64,000 nucleotides of DNA, taken from the NCBI GenBank assembly GCA_964592115.1, contig CAZQCP010000003.1, positions 7,171 to 71,170 of the forward strand, given 5' to 3'. Of the stretch, positions 47,984 to 56,588 are shown one piece after another. The stretch's first letter is position 1, and every line of letters starts with the position of its first letter. Made by a program: the position numbers and the translations under genes. The DNA is from an uncultured Ilumatobacteraceae bacterium. GTDB taxonomy: Bacteria > Actinomycetota > Acidimicrobiia > Acidimicrobiales > Ilumatobacteraceae. The notes beneath the pieces are model-generated. The model did no database searches. It worked only from the letters and a program-made list of their open reading frames with translations, and was not told the DNA's origin.

Positions 47984-48036
47984 CCCAAATCTGTCCGGAT
48001 CTGGCCGCCGTGCGACACGTGGCGGACAGATTTCGG
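47984..48036. repeat. A-type 53-nt palindromic element, copy A5
   Basis: CCCAAATCTGTCCG-N25-CGGACAGATTTCGG. Lies in the divergent region between metG (start 47906) and the thioesterase gene (ATG 48054). Confidence 0.9.
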
Positions 48037-48053
48037 CTTCGGAGTCGGCGAGG

Positions 48054-48926
48054 ATGGGCGGGTACGTTGCGCCGATGGTCGGAGTGTTCGCGGACGCAAC
48101 CGCGGTGCGGCGGATAGCTGGCGCAACCGCGGGGAACGTCGGCGCCCGTGACGGCGCGGAACCTGGCGCCTCGGTGCAGTTCGCGGCGGAGGTGAAGCCC
48201 GGCTGGGACATCGGCGGCAACGCCAACGGCGGGTACCTGCTGGCGATCGCGGGGCGGGCGATGGCGGAGACGGTCGGTCGGCCGCCGGTCACGCTCAGCG
48301 CGCACTACCTGCGTCCGGCGCCCGCCGGCCCGTGCACGGTCGATGTGTCGGTCGTGCGGTCGGGCCGCCGGTTCGCCACGGCCACGGCGAGCCTGACGAT
48401 GGAGTCGGGAGAGATCATCCGCCTGCTCGGTACGTTCGGCCAGCAGACGCCAGGCGGGCCGTCGTACACGCGCGAGGCGCCGGTGGACCTGCCGCCGTAC
48501 GACGAATGCGCACCGCCACCAGAGGCGATCGAGGGGCCCGGACCGGCGATGTTCGGTCGGCTCGCCGTGCGGCTGCGGCCCGGCGACGACGGGTTCCGGG
48601 TCGGGCGCAAGTCGGGCCGCGCCGAGATCGCCGGCTGGTTCGCGTTCGCCGACGGCGAGTCGATCGACGCGATCGGGCTGTTGCTCGCGTCCGACGCGTT
48701 TCCGCCGGCGGTCTTCAACACCGACCTGCCCGTGGCGTGGGTGCCGACCGTCGAACTGACCGTGCACGTCCGGGCGACTCCTGCGCCGGGACCACTGCGC
48801 TGCTGGTTCCGCTCGCGTTTCGTCCACGACGGGATGCTCGACGAGGAAGCCGCGATCTGGGACTCCGCTGGCACGCTCGTGGCCCAGAGCCGCCAGCTCG
48901 CGCTCGTCCCCCGTCCGCCCGACTAA
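48054..48926 (+). CDS. Acyl-CoA thioesterase II-like (double hotdog) thioesterase family protein
   Basis: GGNANGGYLLA N-domain motif and a C-terminal hotdog half. An alternative start is at 48075. Confidence 0.65.
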   Translation: MGGYVAPMVGVFADATAVRRIAGATAGNVGARDGAEPGASVQFAAEVKPGWDIGGNANGGYLLAIAGRAMAETVGRPPVTLSAHYLRPAPAGPCTVDVSVVRSGRRFATATASLTMESGEIIRLLGTFGQQTPGGPSYTREAPVDLPPYDECAPPPEAIEGPGPAMFGRLAVRLRPGDDGFRVGRKSGRAEIAGWFAFADGESIDAIGLLLASDAFPPAVFNTDLPVAWVPTVELTVHVRATPAPGPLRCWFRSRFVHDGMLDEEAAIWDSAGTLVAQSRQLALVPRPPD

Positions 48927-48958
48927 CGAACGTCGGGGACAGGACCCAACGTTCGTTA
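48924..48958. repeat. C-type hairpin, copy C3, between convergent genes
   Basis: TAACGAACGT-CGGGGACAGGACCCA-ACGTTCGTTA. The left stem starts with the thioesterase TAA, and the HAD-IB stop begins 2 nt after the right stem. Confidence 0.85.
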
Positions 48959-48959
48959 C

Positions 48960-49784
48960 TCAGCCGCGGAGGATGCCGCGGCGCCGTGGGGCGGCACGGG
49001 CGCGCGTGAGCGCGGCGCCGGCGGCGAAGCTCGCTCCGGCGATCCCGACCGTGCCGATCGACGCCGCAGTGCGTCGAATCACCGACTTCGTCTGCTGGCT
49101 GAAGATCACGATCGGCCAGCCGTTCAGCCGAGCGTGACGTTCGAGCTTGGCGTCGGGGTTCACGGCGACCGGGTGGCCGACCGCCTCCAGCATCGGCAGG
49201 TCGCTCGCCGAGTCGCTGTATCCGTAGCACTGGCGCAGGTCGTATCCGTTCCAGTCGGCGAGCTCGCGCATCGCCGTGACCTTGCCCTCGCCGTAGCAGA
49301 ACGGCCCCTGGAGCTCGCCGGTGTAGCGCCCGTCGACGACGACGCTGCGCGTGCCGATCCCCGATGTCATACCGAGGGCGTGAGCGAGCGGCTCGACGAT
49401 CTCTTGCGGCGCGGCGGACACGATGAACGTGTCGCGCCCCGCATGGCGGTGCCGGTCGAGGAGGCGCCGCGCCTCGGGCCGCAGACGGGCGAGCAGGCGT
49501 GGCAGAACCTCGGTGTTGATCGCTTGGAGGTCGCTCTGGAGCATCCCCGTGACCGCCTTGAGCACCCGCGCCTTGACCGCGTCGGTCGTGTCGTCGCTCG
49601 CCCCGAACAGCTTGAAGGCGACGGCGCCGGCGGCGTCGCGGGCGAACTCGATGTTCGGGATGAGGCCCGCCCGGCGTGCTTGGAGGGCGAGCGTGAACGC
49701 CGACGACCCGGAGATCAGGGTGCGGTCGAGATCGAAGAACGCCGCGCTCGGCCCGGCGCTGGCGACGCTGACGTACTCACTCAT
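48960..49784 (-). CDS. HAD-IB family hydrolase (SerB-like) with a C-terminal membrane segment
   Basis: FFDLDRTL motif I, SAAPQEIV, YSDSASDLPML motif IV. Confidence 0.8.
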   Translation of the reverse strand: MSEYVSVASAGPSAAFFDLDRTLISGSSAFTLALQARRAGLIPNIEFARDAAGAVAFKLFGASDDTTDAVKARVLKAVTGMLQSDLQAINTEVLPRLLARLRPEARRLLDRHRHAGRDTFIVSAAPQEIVEPLAHALGMTSGIGTRSVVVDGRYTGELQGPFCYGEGKVTAMRELADWNGYDLRQCYGYSDSASDLPMLEAVGHPVAVNPDAKLERHARLNGWPIVIFSQQTKSVIRRTAASIGTVGIAGASFAAGAALTRARAAPRRRGILRG

Positions 49785-50616
49785 CGTTGCCTCCGGTTCC
49801 GTGCAGGTCGAGCGCCAGCGCGTACACCTCGCGCTTGGGGCGCCCGAGGGTCTTGGCGACGCTCGCCGACGCATCGCGGGTCGAGGCACCGCCAGCGAGC
49901 TCGGCGCGCAGCGCGTCGCGCACGGTGGCGTCGCTGGCGGGCTCGTCGCCAGTGGGGTTTCCGGCGATCACCAGCACGTACTCCCCTCTCGGGTCGCCGA
50001 TGTCGATCTCGCCGAGCGGCCCGCGCGTGACCGTCTCGTACAGCTTCGTCAGCTCCCGCGTCACGACCACCATTCGATCATCCCCGCACGCCGCGCGGAG
50101 GTCGGCCAGCGTGCGTTCGACGCGATGCGGCGCCTCGTAGACGACGATCGTGCGCCGTTCCTCGGCGATGTCCGCGAGGCGAGCAGCGCGTTCGCTCCCT
50201 TTGCGCGGCAGGAATCCTTCGAACACGAACCGGTCGGTCGACAACCCGGAGATCGTGAGCGCCATGATCACCGCGCTCGGACCCGGCACCGCGCTGACGT
50301 TGTGACCGGCGTCGATGACGGCGCGCACGATGCGCTCGCCGGGGTCGGAGATGCCCGGCGTGCCCGCGTCGCTGACCACCGCGACGTCGCGCCCCGAGGC
50401 GAGCACGTCGAGCACGTCACGCACGCGCAGTGATTCGGTGTGGTCGTTGCACACGGCGAGGCGGGCGCCCTCGATGCCGGCGTGACGGAGGAGCGGGCCG
50501 GTGCGGCGCGTGTCCTCACAACAGATGAGGGCAGCGTGGGCGAGCACGTCGATGGCGCGCGGTGCGAGGTCGCCGAGGTTGCCGATCGGTGTGGCGACGA
50601 GCCAGAGGGTGCTCAT
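49777..50616 (-). CDS. rsmI: 16S rRNA (cytidine1402-2'-O)-methyltransferase
   Basis: LWLVATPIGNLGDL, CEDTR, SDAGTPGISDPG motifs. Confidence 0.9.
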   Translation of the reverse strand: MSTLWLVATPIGNLGDLAPRAIDVLAHAALICCEDTRRTGPLLRHAGIEGARLAVCNDHTESLRVRDVLDVLASGRDVAVVSDAGTPGISDPGERIVRAVIDAGHNVSAVPGPSAVIMALTISGLSTDRFVFEGFLPRKGSERAARLADIAEERRTIVVYEAPHRVERTLADLRAACGDDRMVVVTRELTKLYETVTRGPLGEIDIGDPRGEYVLVIAGNPTGDEPASDATVRDALRAELAGGASTRDASASVAKTLGRPKREVYALALDLHGTGGNDE

Positions 50617-50641
50617 CGCTGCGATCCTGCCTGCGGCGCAG

Positions 50642-50995
50642 TCACGCCGTCCGTTCGGTCGTGGTGTCGCAGCGGACCTCGATCTCGTCGCCGACGTGGA
50701 GTCCCCAGCGTTCGAACGCGCCGGCCCGCGCCTCGATCACGAGGTGGCCGTGGCGGACGGGAACCCCGAGTCGGTATCGGGCCATGCGACACGTCTTGAG
50801 CACGGTGCCGTCGGCATCGAGGTAGGCGACATCGATCGGGAAGCGCATGCCGATCGTGTGTATCCACCGACACGGTTCGATGACCAGTGCACCGTCGAGG
50901 TCGTCGCGTCCGAGGAGCCCGCGTCGTCGCGCCGCGCGGGTGTCGGCGAGTTCGGCCGACGCCAGGACGCGAGCGTCACTGACCAACCAAGCCAT
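50642..50995 (-). CDS. DUF192 domain protein
   Basis: 117 aa with a central IHTIGMRFPIDV pattern typical of DUF192. Confidence 0.7.
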   Translation of the reverse strand: MAWLVSDARVLASAELADTRAARRRGLLGRDDLDGALVIEPCRWIHTIGMRFPIDVAYLDADGTVLKTCRMARYRLGVPVRHGHLVIEARAGAFERWGLHVGDEIEVRCDTTTERTA

Positions 50996-51072
50996 GTCCG
51001 CAGTGTGTCAGATCGCGTGGCGCCGACGCAGTTCGCCGGGCCGTGCTTGATCGGGTGTTCCGTTGCACCCGC

Positions 51073-52218
51073 TTACAGCCCGAGGGATTTGGCGATGATC
51101 GTCTTCATCACCTCGTTGGTGCCGCCGTAGATCGACGTCACACGGGCGTCGGCGTAGGCGCGGGCGATCGGATACTCCGTCATGTAGCCGTATCCGCCGA
51201 ACATCTGCAGACACCGGTCGACGGCGCGCCCTTGCAGGTCGGTCGCCCAGTACTTCGCCTGCGCCGCGCCGGCGGCGTCGAGGGTGCCGGCGTTGAGGGC
51301 GACGATGCACTGGTCGACGTAGGCCTGGGTGACCTCGATCTCGGTCTTCACCTCGGCGAGCACGAACTTCGTGTTCTGGAACGTGCCGATCGACTTGCCG
51401 AACGCGGTCCGTTCGCCGACGTAGTCGAGCGTCCAACCGAGCGCCGCCCGTGCCGCCGACACGCCGGCGACGGCGATCGACAGGCGTTCCTGAGCGAGGT
51501 TGAAGGACAGGTAGGAGAACCCCTTGCCTTCGTCTCCGAGCAGGTTGGCGACCGGCACGCGCACGTCGGTGAAGAACAGTTCGGCGGTGTCCTGGCTGTG
51601 CATCCCGATCTTTTCGAGGTTGCGACCGCGCTCGAAGCCGTCCATCCCGCGTTCGACGACGAGCAGCGACAGGCCGCTGTGGCGCTCGCTCGGGTCCGTC
51701 TTGGCGGCCACGATCACCAGATCGGAGTTGATGCCGTTGGTGATGAACGTCTTGGATCCGTTGACGATGTACTCGTCGCCGTCGCGGATGGCGGTGGTGG
51801 CGATGCCGGCGAGGTCGGAGCCGGTGCCGGGCTCGGTCATCGCGATGGCGGTGATCAACTCGCCAGATGCGATGCCGGGCATCCATCGCTTCGCTTGCTC
51901 GTCGTTGCAGTACTCGAGGAAGTAGGGGGTGCAGATGTCGTTGTGGAGCGTGAGCCCGAGCCCAGCACCACCGATCCCCGCAGCGCTGAGCTCCTCGCTG
52001 AGGATGGCGTTGAAGCGGAAGTCGCGGGTGCCGCCACCACCGTGCTCTTCGGGGATCGCCATGCCGACGAAGCCGTACTGCCCGGCGGTCGAGAACAACG
52101 AACGCGGCGCGATGCCGTCGCGTTCCCACTCGAGGTAGTGGGGAGATGCCTCCTTGGCGACGAAGGCGGCGAATGACTCGCGGAACGCGTCGTGCTCGGC
52201 GTCGAAGATCGTGCGCAT
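51073..52218 (-). CDS. Acyl-CoA dehydrogenase
   Basis: AMTEPGTGSD, FITNG, and a C-terminal QMFGGYGYMTEYP..IYGGTNEV motif. Confidence 0.9.
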   Translation of the reverse strand: MRTIFDAEHDAFRESFAAFVAKEASPHYLEWERDGIAPRSLFSTAGQYGFVGMAIPEEHGGGGTRDFRFNAILSEELSAAGIGGAGLGLTLHNDICTPYFLEYCNDEQAKRWMPGIASGELITAIAMTEPGTGSDLAGIATTAIRDGDEYIVNGSKTFITNGINSDLVIVAAKTDPSERHSGLSLLVVERGMDGFERGRNLEKIGMHSQDTAELFFTDVRVPVANLLGDEGKGFSYLSFNLAQERLSIAVAGVSAARAALGWTLDYVGERTAFGKSIGTFQNTKFVLAEVKTEIEVTQAYVDQCIVALNAGTLDAAGAAQAKYWATDLQGRAVDRCLQMFGGYGYMTEYPIARAYADARVTSIYGGTNEVMKTIIAKSLGL

Positions 52219-52238
52219 CCGCAGAAGCGTACGGCCGC

Positions 52239-52340
52239 GATTGCATCCGGGGTCAGACCCCACATGCAACCACCCACAATGTGCGGACGGGTTCGACCGA
52301 TGCGCGCTGTTGCATGTGGGGTCTGACCCCGGATGCAATC
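52239..52340. repeat. B-type nested-palindrome element, copy B3
   Basis: 32-nt arms with a 38-nt spacer. The ychF stop (52339-52341) is formed by the right end GCAATCAG. Confidence 0.9.
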
Positions 52341-53427
52341 AGACGTTGAAGCGGAACTCCATCACGTCACCGTCTTGGACGATGTAGTCCTTGCCTTCGA
52401 CGCGCATCTTGCCGGCGTCTTTGGCGGCGTTCCACGACCCGAGTCGCAGCAGTTCGTCCCACTGGATCACCTCGGCGCGGATGAACCCGCGCTGGAAGTC
52501 GGTGTGGATGCGCCCGGCGCACACCGGTGCGGTCGAGCCGTCGTAGAACGTCCACGCCCGGCTCTCCTTCTCGCCGGTCGTGAAGTACGTCCGCAAGCCG
52601 AGCAGGTGATACGCGCTGCGGACCATGCGGAACAGCGCGCCCTCGCCGAGCCCGAAACCTTCGAGGATCTCCTTGCGCTCGTCGGGATCCTCGATTGCCG
52701 CCGCCTCGGCCTCGAGCTGCACGCACATCCCGATGACCTCCACGTTGTCGCCGGCGTTGTTGAACTCGGCCGCGACGAGCGCCTCCTTCTCGGGGATCGC
52801 GTCGATGTCGCCCTCGCCGACGTTGACCACGGCGAGCACCCGGCGATTCGTCAAGAGGAAGTACGGGGCGAGCATGTCGCGCACGTCGTCGCTGAGCCCG
52901 GCACGATAGAGAGGCAGACCCTCGGCGAGCGCGTCGAACGCGACCTGCAACGCTCTCGCCTCCTCGCCTGCGCCCTTGTCGAGCTTGGCCTGGCGTTGTG
53001 TCTGGTGGAGGCGCTTCTCGACGGTCTCCAAGTCGGCGAGCGCGAGTTCGAGTTCGACCACGCGGAGGTGCTCGAGCGGGTCGGAAGGCCCGGTGATGTC
53101 GTCGTTCTCGAATGCCCGCAGCACGAACACGATGGCGTCGACCTCACGGATGTTGGCGAGGAACTTGTTGCCGAGTCCCTCACCCTTGCTCGCACCCTCG
53201 ACGAGCCCGCCGATGTCGACCACTTCGACCTGAGCGTGGATCGTCTGCTTCGTCTTCGACATGATCGCCAGCTGGTCCAGGCGGTCGTCGGGCACCTTGG
53301 CGACGCCGATGTTCGGATCCTTCGTGGCGAACGGGTAGGGCGCGGCGAGCGCGCCTCCGCCGGTGAGGGCGTTGTAGAGCGAGCTCTTGCCTGCGTTGGG
53401 GAGGCCGACGAGCCCGAAGCGTTCCAT
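52339..53427 (-). CDS. ychF: Redox-regulated ATPase YchF
   Basis: GLVGLPNAGKSSL P-loop, TGS-like C-terminus (GDVMEFRFNV). The stop lies in the end of repeat B3. Confidence 0.95.
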   Translation of the reverse strand: MERFGLVGLPNAGKSSLYNALTGGGALAAPYPFATKDPNIGVAKVPDDRLDQLAIMSKTKQTIHAQVEVVDIGGLVEGASKGEGLGNKFLANIREVDAIVFVLRAFENDDITGPSDPLEHLRVVELELALADLETVEKRLHQTQRQAKLDKGAGEEARALQVAFDALAEGLPLYRAGLSDDVRDMLAPYFLLTNRRVLAVVNVGEGDIDAIPEKEALVAAEFNNAGDNVEVIGMCVQLEAEAAAIEDPDERKEILEGFGLGEGALFRMVRSAYHLLGLRTYFTTGEKESRAWTFYDGSTAPVCAGRIHTDFQRGFIRAEVIQWDELLRLGSWNAAKDAGKMRVEGKDYIVQDGDVMEFRFNV

Positions 53428-53480
53428 GACCGCCCGAGGCTACCGACGCCCGCCGTCGCCCCGCCGCGAGTCCGCCGCGC

Positions 53481-54410
53481 TCACGCGGCATCGGGCGGAC
53501 CGGCGAGCTCTCCGGCCGGCTGCCACCGGTCGATCGCCTGGCGGATGGTGCGCGCCGTCCATGCCGGCCGCGTCGTGATCGCCCGGTAGGTGAAGCGCAG
53601 CACGGTCCAGCCGGCGGCGGTGAGGGTGGCGTCGTGTTCGTGGTCGCGTTCGAAGCTCGCCGGCCGCAGCCCGTGGTACGCCCATCCGTCGCACTGGATC
53701 GCGATCGGCAGGTCGACGACGCGGAAGTCGACACGGATCCCCTCGATGACCGGACGGAACTCGAGCGGCGCCACCGCGTAGTTCCGGACGAGCCGAGCCA
53801 TCGCCGTGTCCAGCAGGTGGTCGGCGGGCTGGCGATCGATCGCCCACTCCTCGAGCGCGTGGCGGAACGCGTCGATGCCGGCACGTCCGCGGACAGCGTG
53901 CGCGGCGAGCGCCGCGTGCAACCCGTCGGCGGTGACCATCCGCGTTGCGATCGCGTGTCCGACCGCGTCGGTGACGCTGGCGCCGTCGACGGCACCGAGA
54001 TCGAGCAGCGTTCGCACGATGTTCGTGCAGGCGATGTTGAAGCGACGCTGGGGTCGAAGGTGTTCGCGATCGGTGGTGCGATGCACGACGACACCGTCGA
54101 GGTCGACGTCGCGCCGCTCGTCGAGCAGCAGCACGTCGACCGGATCGTCATCCGGCCGGGGCACGAGCCACAGGCGCGCGGCGGAGCGATGCGATGCGAC
54201 CGCGGGCGCGCCGAGAGCGAGGACGCCGGCGATGATCCGTTGCTCCGGTGTCAGGGCGGTGCCGGGCAGGCGGGCGACGTTCGGGTGGATCTGCATGAGG
54301 TCGCCTGCCTCGATCGCTCGGTGCCAGGCGGACTTGCTCCACCCGCTGGCCTCTCGGGTGATGATGCCGTGGTGGGCTCGGGCCCACTCGTCGAAGTCGG
54401 ACAGTCGCAT
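53481..54410 (-). CDS. DUF559 protein with an AbiEi-like N-terminal region (second paralog)
   Basis: Same architecture as 39410-40357. C-terminal VDFRV..AIQCDGWAYH..GWTVLRFTY. ATG at 54410. Confidence 0.7.
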   Translation of the reverse strand: MRLSDFDEWARAHHGIITREASGWSKSAWHRAIEAGDLMQIHPNVARLPGTALTPEQRIIAGVLALGAPAVASHRSAARLWLVPRPDDDPVDVLLLDERRDVDLDGVVVHRTTDREHLRPQRRFNIACTNIVRTLLDLGAVDGASVTDAVGHAIATRMVTADGLHAALAAHAVRGRAGIDAFRHALEEWAIDRQPADHLLDTAMARLVRNYAVAPLEFRPVIEGIRVDFRVVDLPIAIQCDGWAYHGLRPASFERDHEHDATLTAAGWTVLRFTYRAITTRPAWTARTIRQAIDRWQPAGELAGPPDAA

Positions 54411-54484
54411 GTCCTCCAGTGGGCGGTGGCGGAGCGCAAGCGGAACACATGCCACCGCGTGGAGGGCGAAGGTACGCTCGCGCG

Positions 54485-55498
54485 ATGACGCCGGAGCAGG
54501 CGCTGCTGCGTGTGATCCACTGTCTCGATCGGGCGCACGAGACCGGGTTCAAGACGAAGGCGTTCGTGCGCGCGCTCGACGTGGTCCGTGCGACGCCGCC
54601 CGACGAGCTGGAGGAACGAGCCGCGAGCCACACGCTGACCGACCTCGACGGGATCGGCGCGTCGACGGCCCAGGTCATCACGGAGGCGCTGGCAGGTACG
54701 TCACCTGCGTACCTCGCCAAGGTGGATGCCGAGACCCAGGTGCCGATCACCCCCGAGGGGCAGCGCTACCGCGATGCACTCAAGGGCGACTGCCACGTCC
54801 ACTCCACGTGGAGCGACGGTGGCTACCCGATCGCGGCGATGGCCGCCACGGCCATGGCGCTCGGCCACGAGTACATGGTGCAGACCGACCACTCCGCCCG
54901 CCTGACGATCGCTCATGGGTTGAACGAGGAGCGCCTCACCGCGCAGCTCGATCAGCTCGCCGAGATCAACGCCGACATCGCCGCCGCCGGGCACGACTTC
55001 CGCATCTTGTCGGGGATGGAGGTGGACATCTTGGAAGACGGTGCACTCGACCTGTCCGACGAGATGTTGGCGCGCCTCGACGTCGTCGTCGCCAGCGTGC
55101 ACTCCAAGTTGCGCATGGAGTCGAAGCAGATGACCGAACGGATGTTGGTCGCAGTGGCGTCACCGCACGTCGACATCCTCGGGCACTGCACGGGGAGGAT
55201 GATCGGGCGGCGTCCGCCGTCGGAGTTCGACGCCGACTACGTGTTCGCCGCGTGCGCGCAGTTCGGCACGGCCGTCGAGATCAACTGCCGTCCCGAGCGG
55301 CTCGACCCGCCCCGCGAGCTGCTCGACCTGGCCATCGAGTACGGCTGCTGGTTCTCGATCGACTCCGACGCCCACGCCACCGGGCAACTCGAGTGGCAAC
55401 CGCACGGCTGTGACCGTGCCGCCGAGCGCGGCGTGCCGATCGAGCGGATCGTCAACACGATGTCCGCCGACGACCTCCTCGCCTGGACCGCCGCCTGA
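54485..55498 (+). CDS. PHP domain phosphoesterase with an N-terminal HhH region (PolX C-terminal-like)
   Basis: CHVHSTWSDG, QTDHS, SVHS, DSDAH metal-binding motifs of the PHP fold. Confidence 0.8.
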   Translation: MTPEQALLRVIHCLDRAHETGFKTKAFVRALDVVRATPPDELEERAASHTLTDLDGIGASTAQVITEALAGTSPAYLAKVDAETQVPITPEGQRYRDALKGDCHVHSTWSDGGYPIAAMAATAMALGHEYMVQTDHSARLTIAHGLNEERLTAQLDQLAEINADIAAAGHDFRILSGMEVDILEDGALDLSDEMLARLDVVVASVHSKLRMESKQMTERMLVAVASPHVDILGHCTGRMIGRRPPSEFDADYVFAACAQFGTAVEINCRPERLDPPRELLDLAIEYGCWFSIDSDAHATGQLEWQPHGCDRAAERGVPIERIVNTMSADDLLAWTAA

Positions 55499-55535
55499 CG
55501 CAGATCCGTGTTGACGCAGAACCTGCTGACGCAGA
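55496..55535 (+). repeat. Triple direct repeat TGACGCAGA upstream of the bL37-like gene
   Basis: Copies at 55496-55504 (including the PHP gene stop), 55512-55520 and 55527-55535. Confidence 0.8.
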
Positions 55536-55588
55536 ACGGTGTGGACGGCGCGTGGGATCACGGGTTGTCGGCCGTACGCTGGTGAACC

Positions 55589-55675
55589 ATGTCGAAGAAG
55601 ACGAAGAAGCGGAAGGCCAGGCTTCGCCGTTCGAAGGCGAACCATGGCAAGCGCCCGAACATGGGCCGCGGCTGA
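55589..55675 (+). CDS. Small basic protein, 50S ribosomal protein bL37-like
   Basis: 28-aa ORF absent from the track: MSKKTKKRKARLRRSKANHGKRPNMGRG. SKANHGKRPN is the signature I recall for actinobacterial bL37. Confidence 0.7.
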   Translation: MSKKTKKRKARLRRSKANHGKRPNMGRG

Positions 55676-55825
55676 CACCGAAGCCGCACGGGCCCGTGAC
55701 GTGTCGTCGGATTCTGGCGTTGCGATCTGCGGGAACACTGCCGAGGCGCTCGACGCCCGACTCATCGGAGTCGGAGGCGGCGGGCGCCTCGCCGCGTCCG
55801 GAGTCAGGACGCGACCGGTGATGCG

Positions 55826-56509
55826 ATGAGCGACGCGCGCGTCGAGTGGTTCACCGTGGCCGGCAGCATCGAGGCCTGGCGGGCCATCGGGTTGACCGTC
55901 ACCGATGACGGCCTGGTTCCGCTCTTCGGTACGTCGTTGCGGATCGTGGCGCCCGCCGCCGTCGACGCGGCGACGTCGCAACCGGACCCCGCCGGTTCGC
56001 CGCTGGGGATCGTCGGCTGGTCGCTCAGTGGCATCGAGCCGCCCGCCGACAACGTCACGTTCGACGTCGACGGGCTCGCCACCACGGTCGTGGCAGCCGC
56101 GCCACCCGTCTTCGCCGACCACTCGCTCGGCGCGGCGACGCTCGATCACGTGGTCGTGTCGACGCCCGATCTGGAACGCACGAGCGCCGCGATCGCCGCC
56201 GCCACCCGCCACGAACTGCGCCGCATTCGTGACCTCGGCGCCATCCGCCAGGGCTTCCATCGGATCGGGCGCGGCGGTGTGATCATCGAGCTCGTCGAGC
56301 ATCGGGACGCACCGGCCGGGCCTGCCGCGTTCTGGGGGCTCGTGCTGATCGTCGACGACATCGACGCGGCGTGCGCGCTGCTCGGCCCCGAGCTGGTCAG
56401 CTCGCCCAAAGATGCGGTGCAGCCAGGGCGTCAGATCGCAACGTTGCGCGCCGAGACCGGCCTCGGATTGCCGGTCGCACTGATGTCGCCCGACGTCGCC
56501 CGCTCCTGA
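55826..56509 (+). CDS. VOC (glyoxalase-like) family protein
   Basis: LDHVVVSTPDLERT and GVIIELVE beta-alpha-beta-beta-beta module pattern. Confidence 0.6.
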   Translation: MSDARVEWFTVAGSIEAWRAIGLTVTDDGLVPLFGTSLRIVAPAAVDAATSQPDPAGSPLGIVGWSLSGIEPPADNVTFDVDGLATTVVAAAPPVFADHSLGAATLDHVVVSTPDLERTSAAIAAATRHELRRIRDLGAIRQGFHRIGRGGVIIELVEHRDAPAGPAAFWGLVLIVDDIDAACALLGPELVSSPKDAVQPGRQIATLRAETGLGLPVALMSPDVARS

Positions 56510-56513
56510 TCAT

Positions 56514-56568
56514 CCCGATCTCGGTCGGATTGTTCACGCCAGGCGGGACGGCTCCTACCGGGATCGGG
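56514..56568. repeat. E-type 55-nt nested palindromic element, copy E2
   Basis: CCCGATCTCGGT-N31-ACCGGGATCGGG. About three quarters of positions are identical to E1 by eye. Lies between the convergent VOC and WYL genes. Confidence 0.85.
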
Positions 56569-56588
56569 CCCGGCCGGCGCGCTGGACG

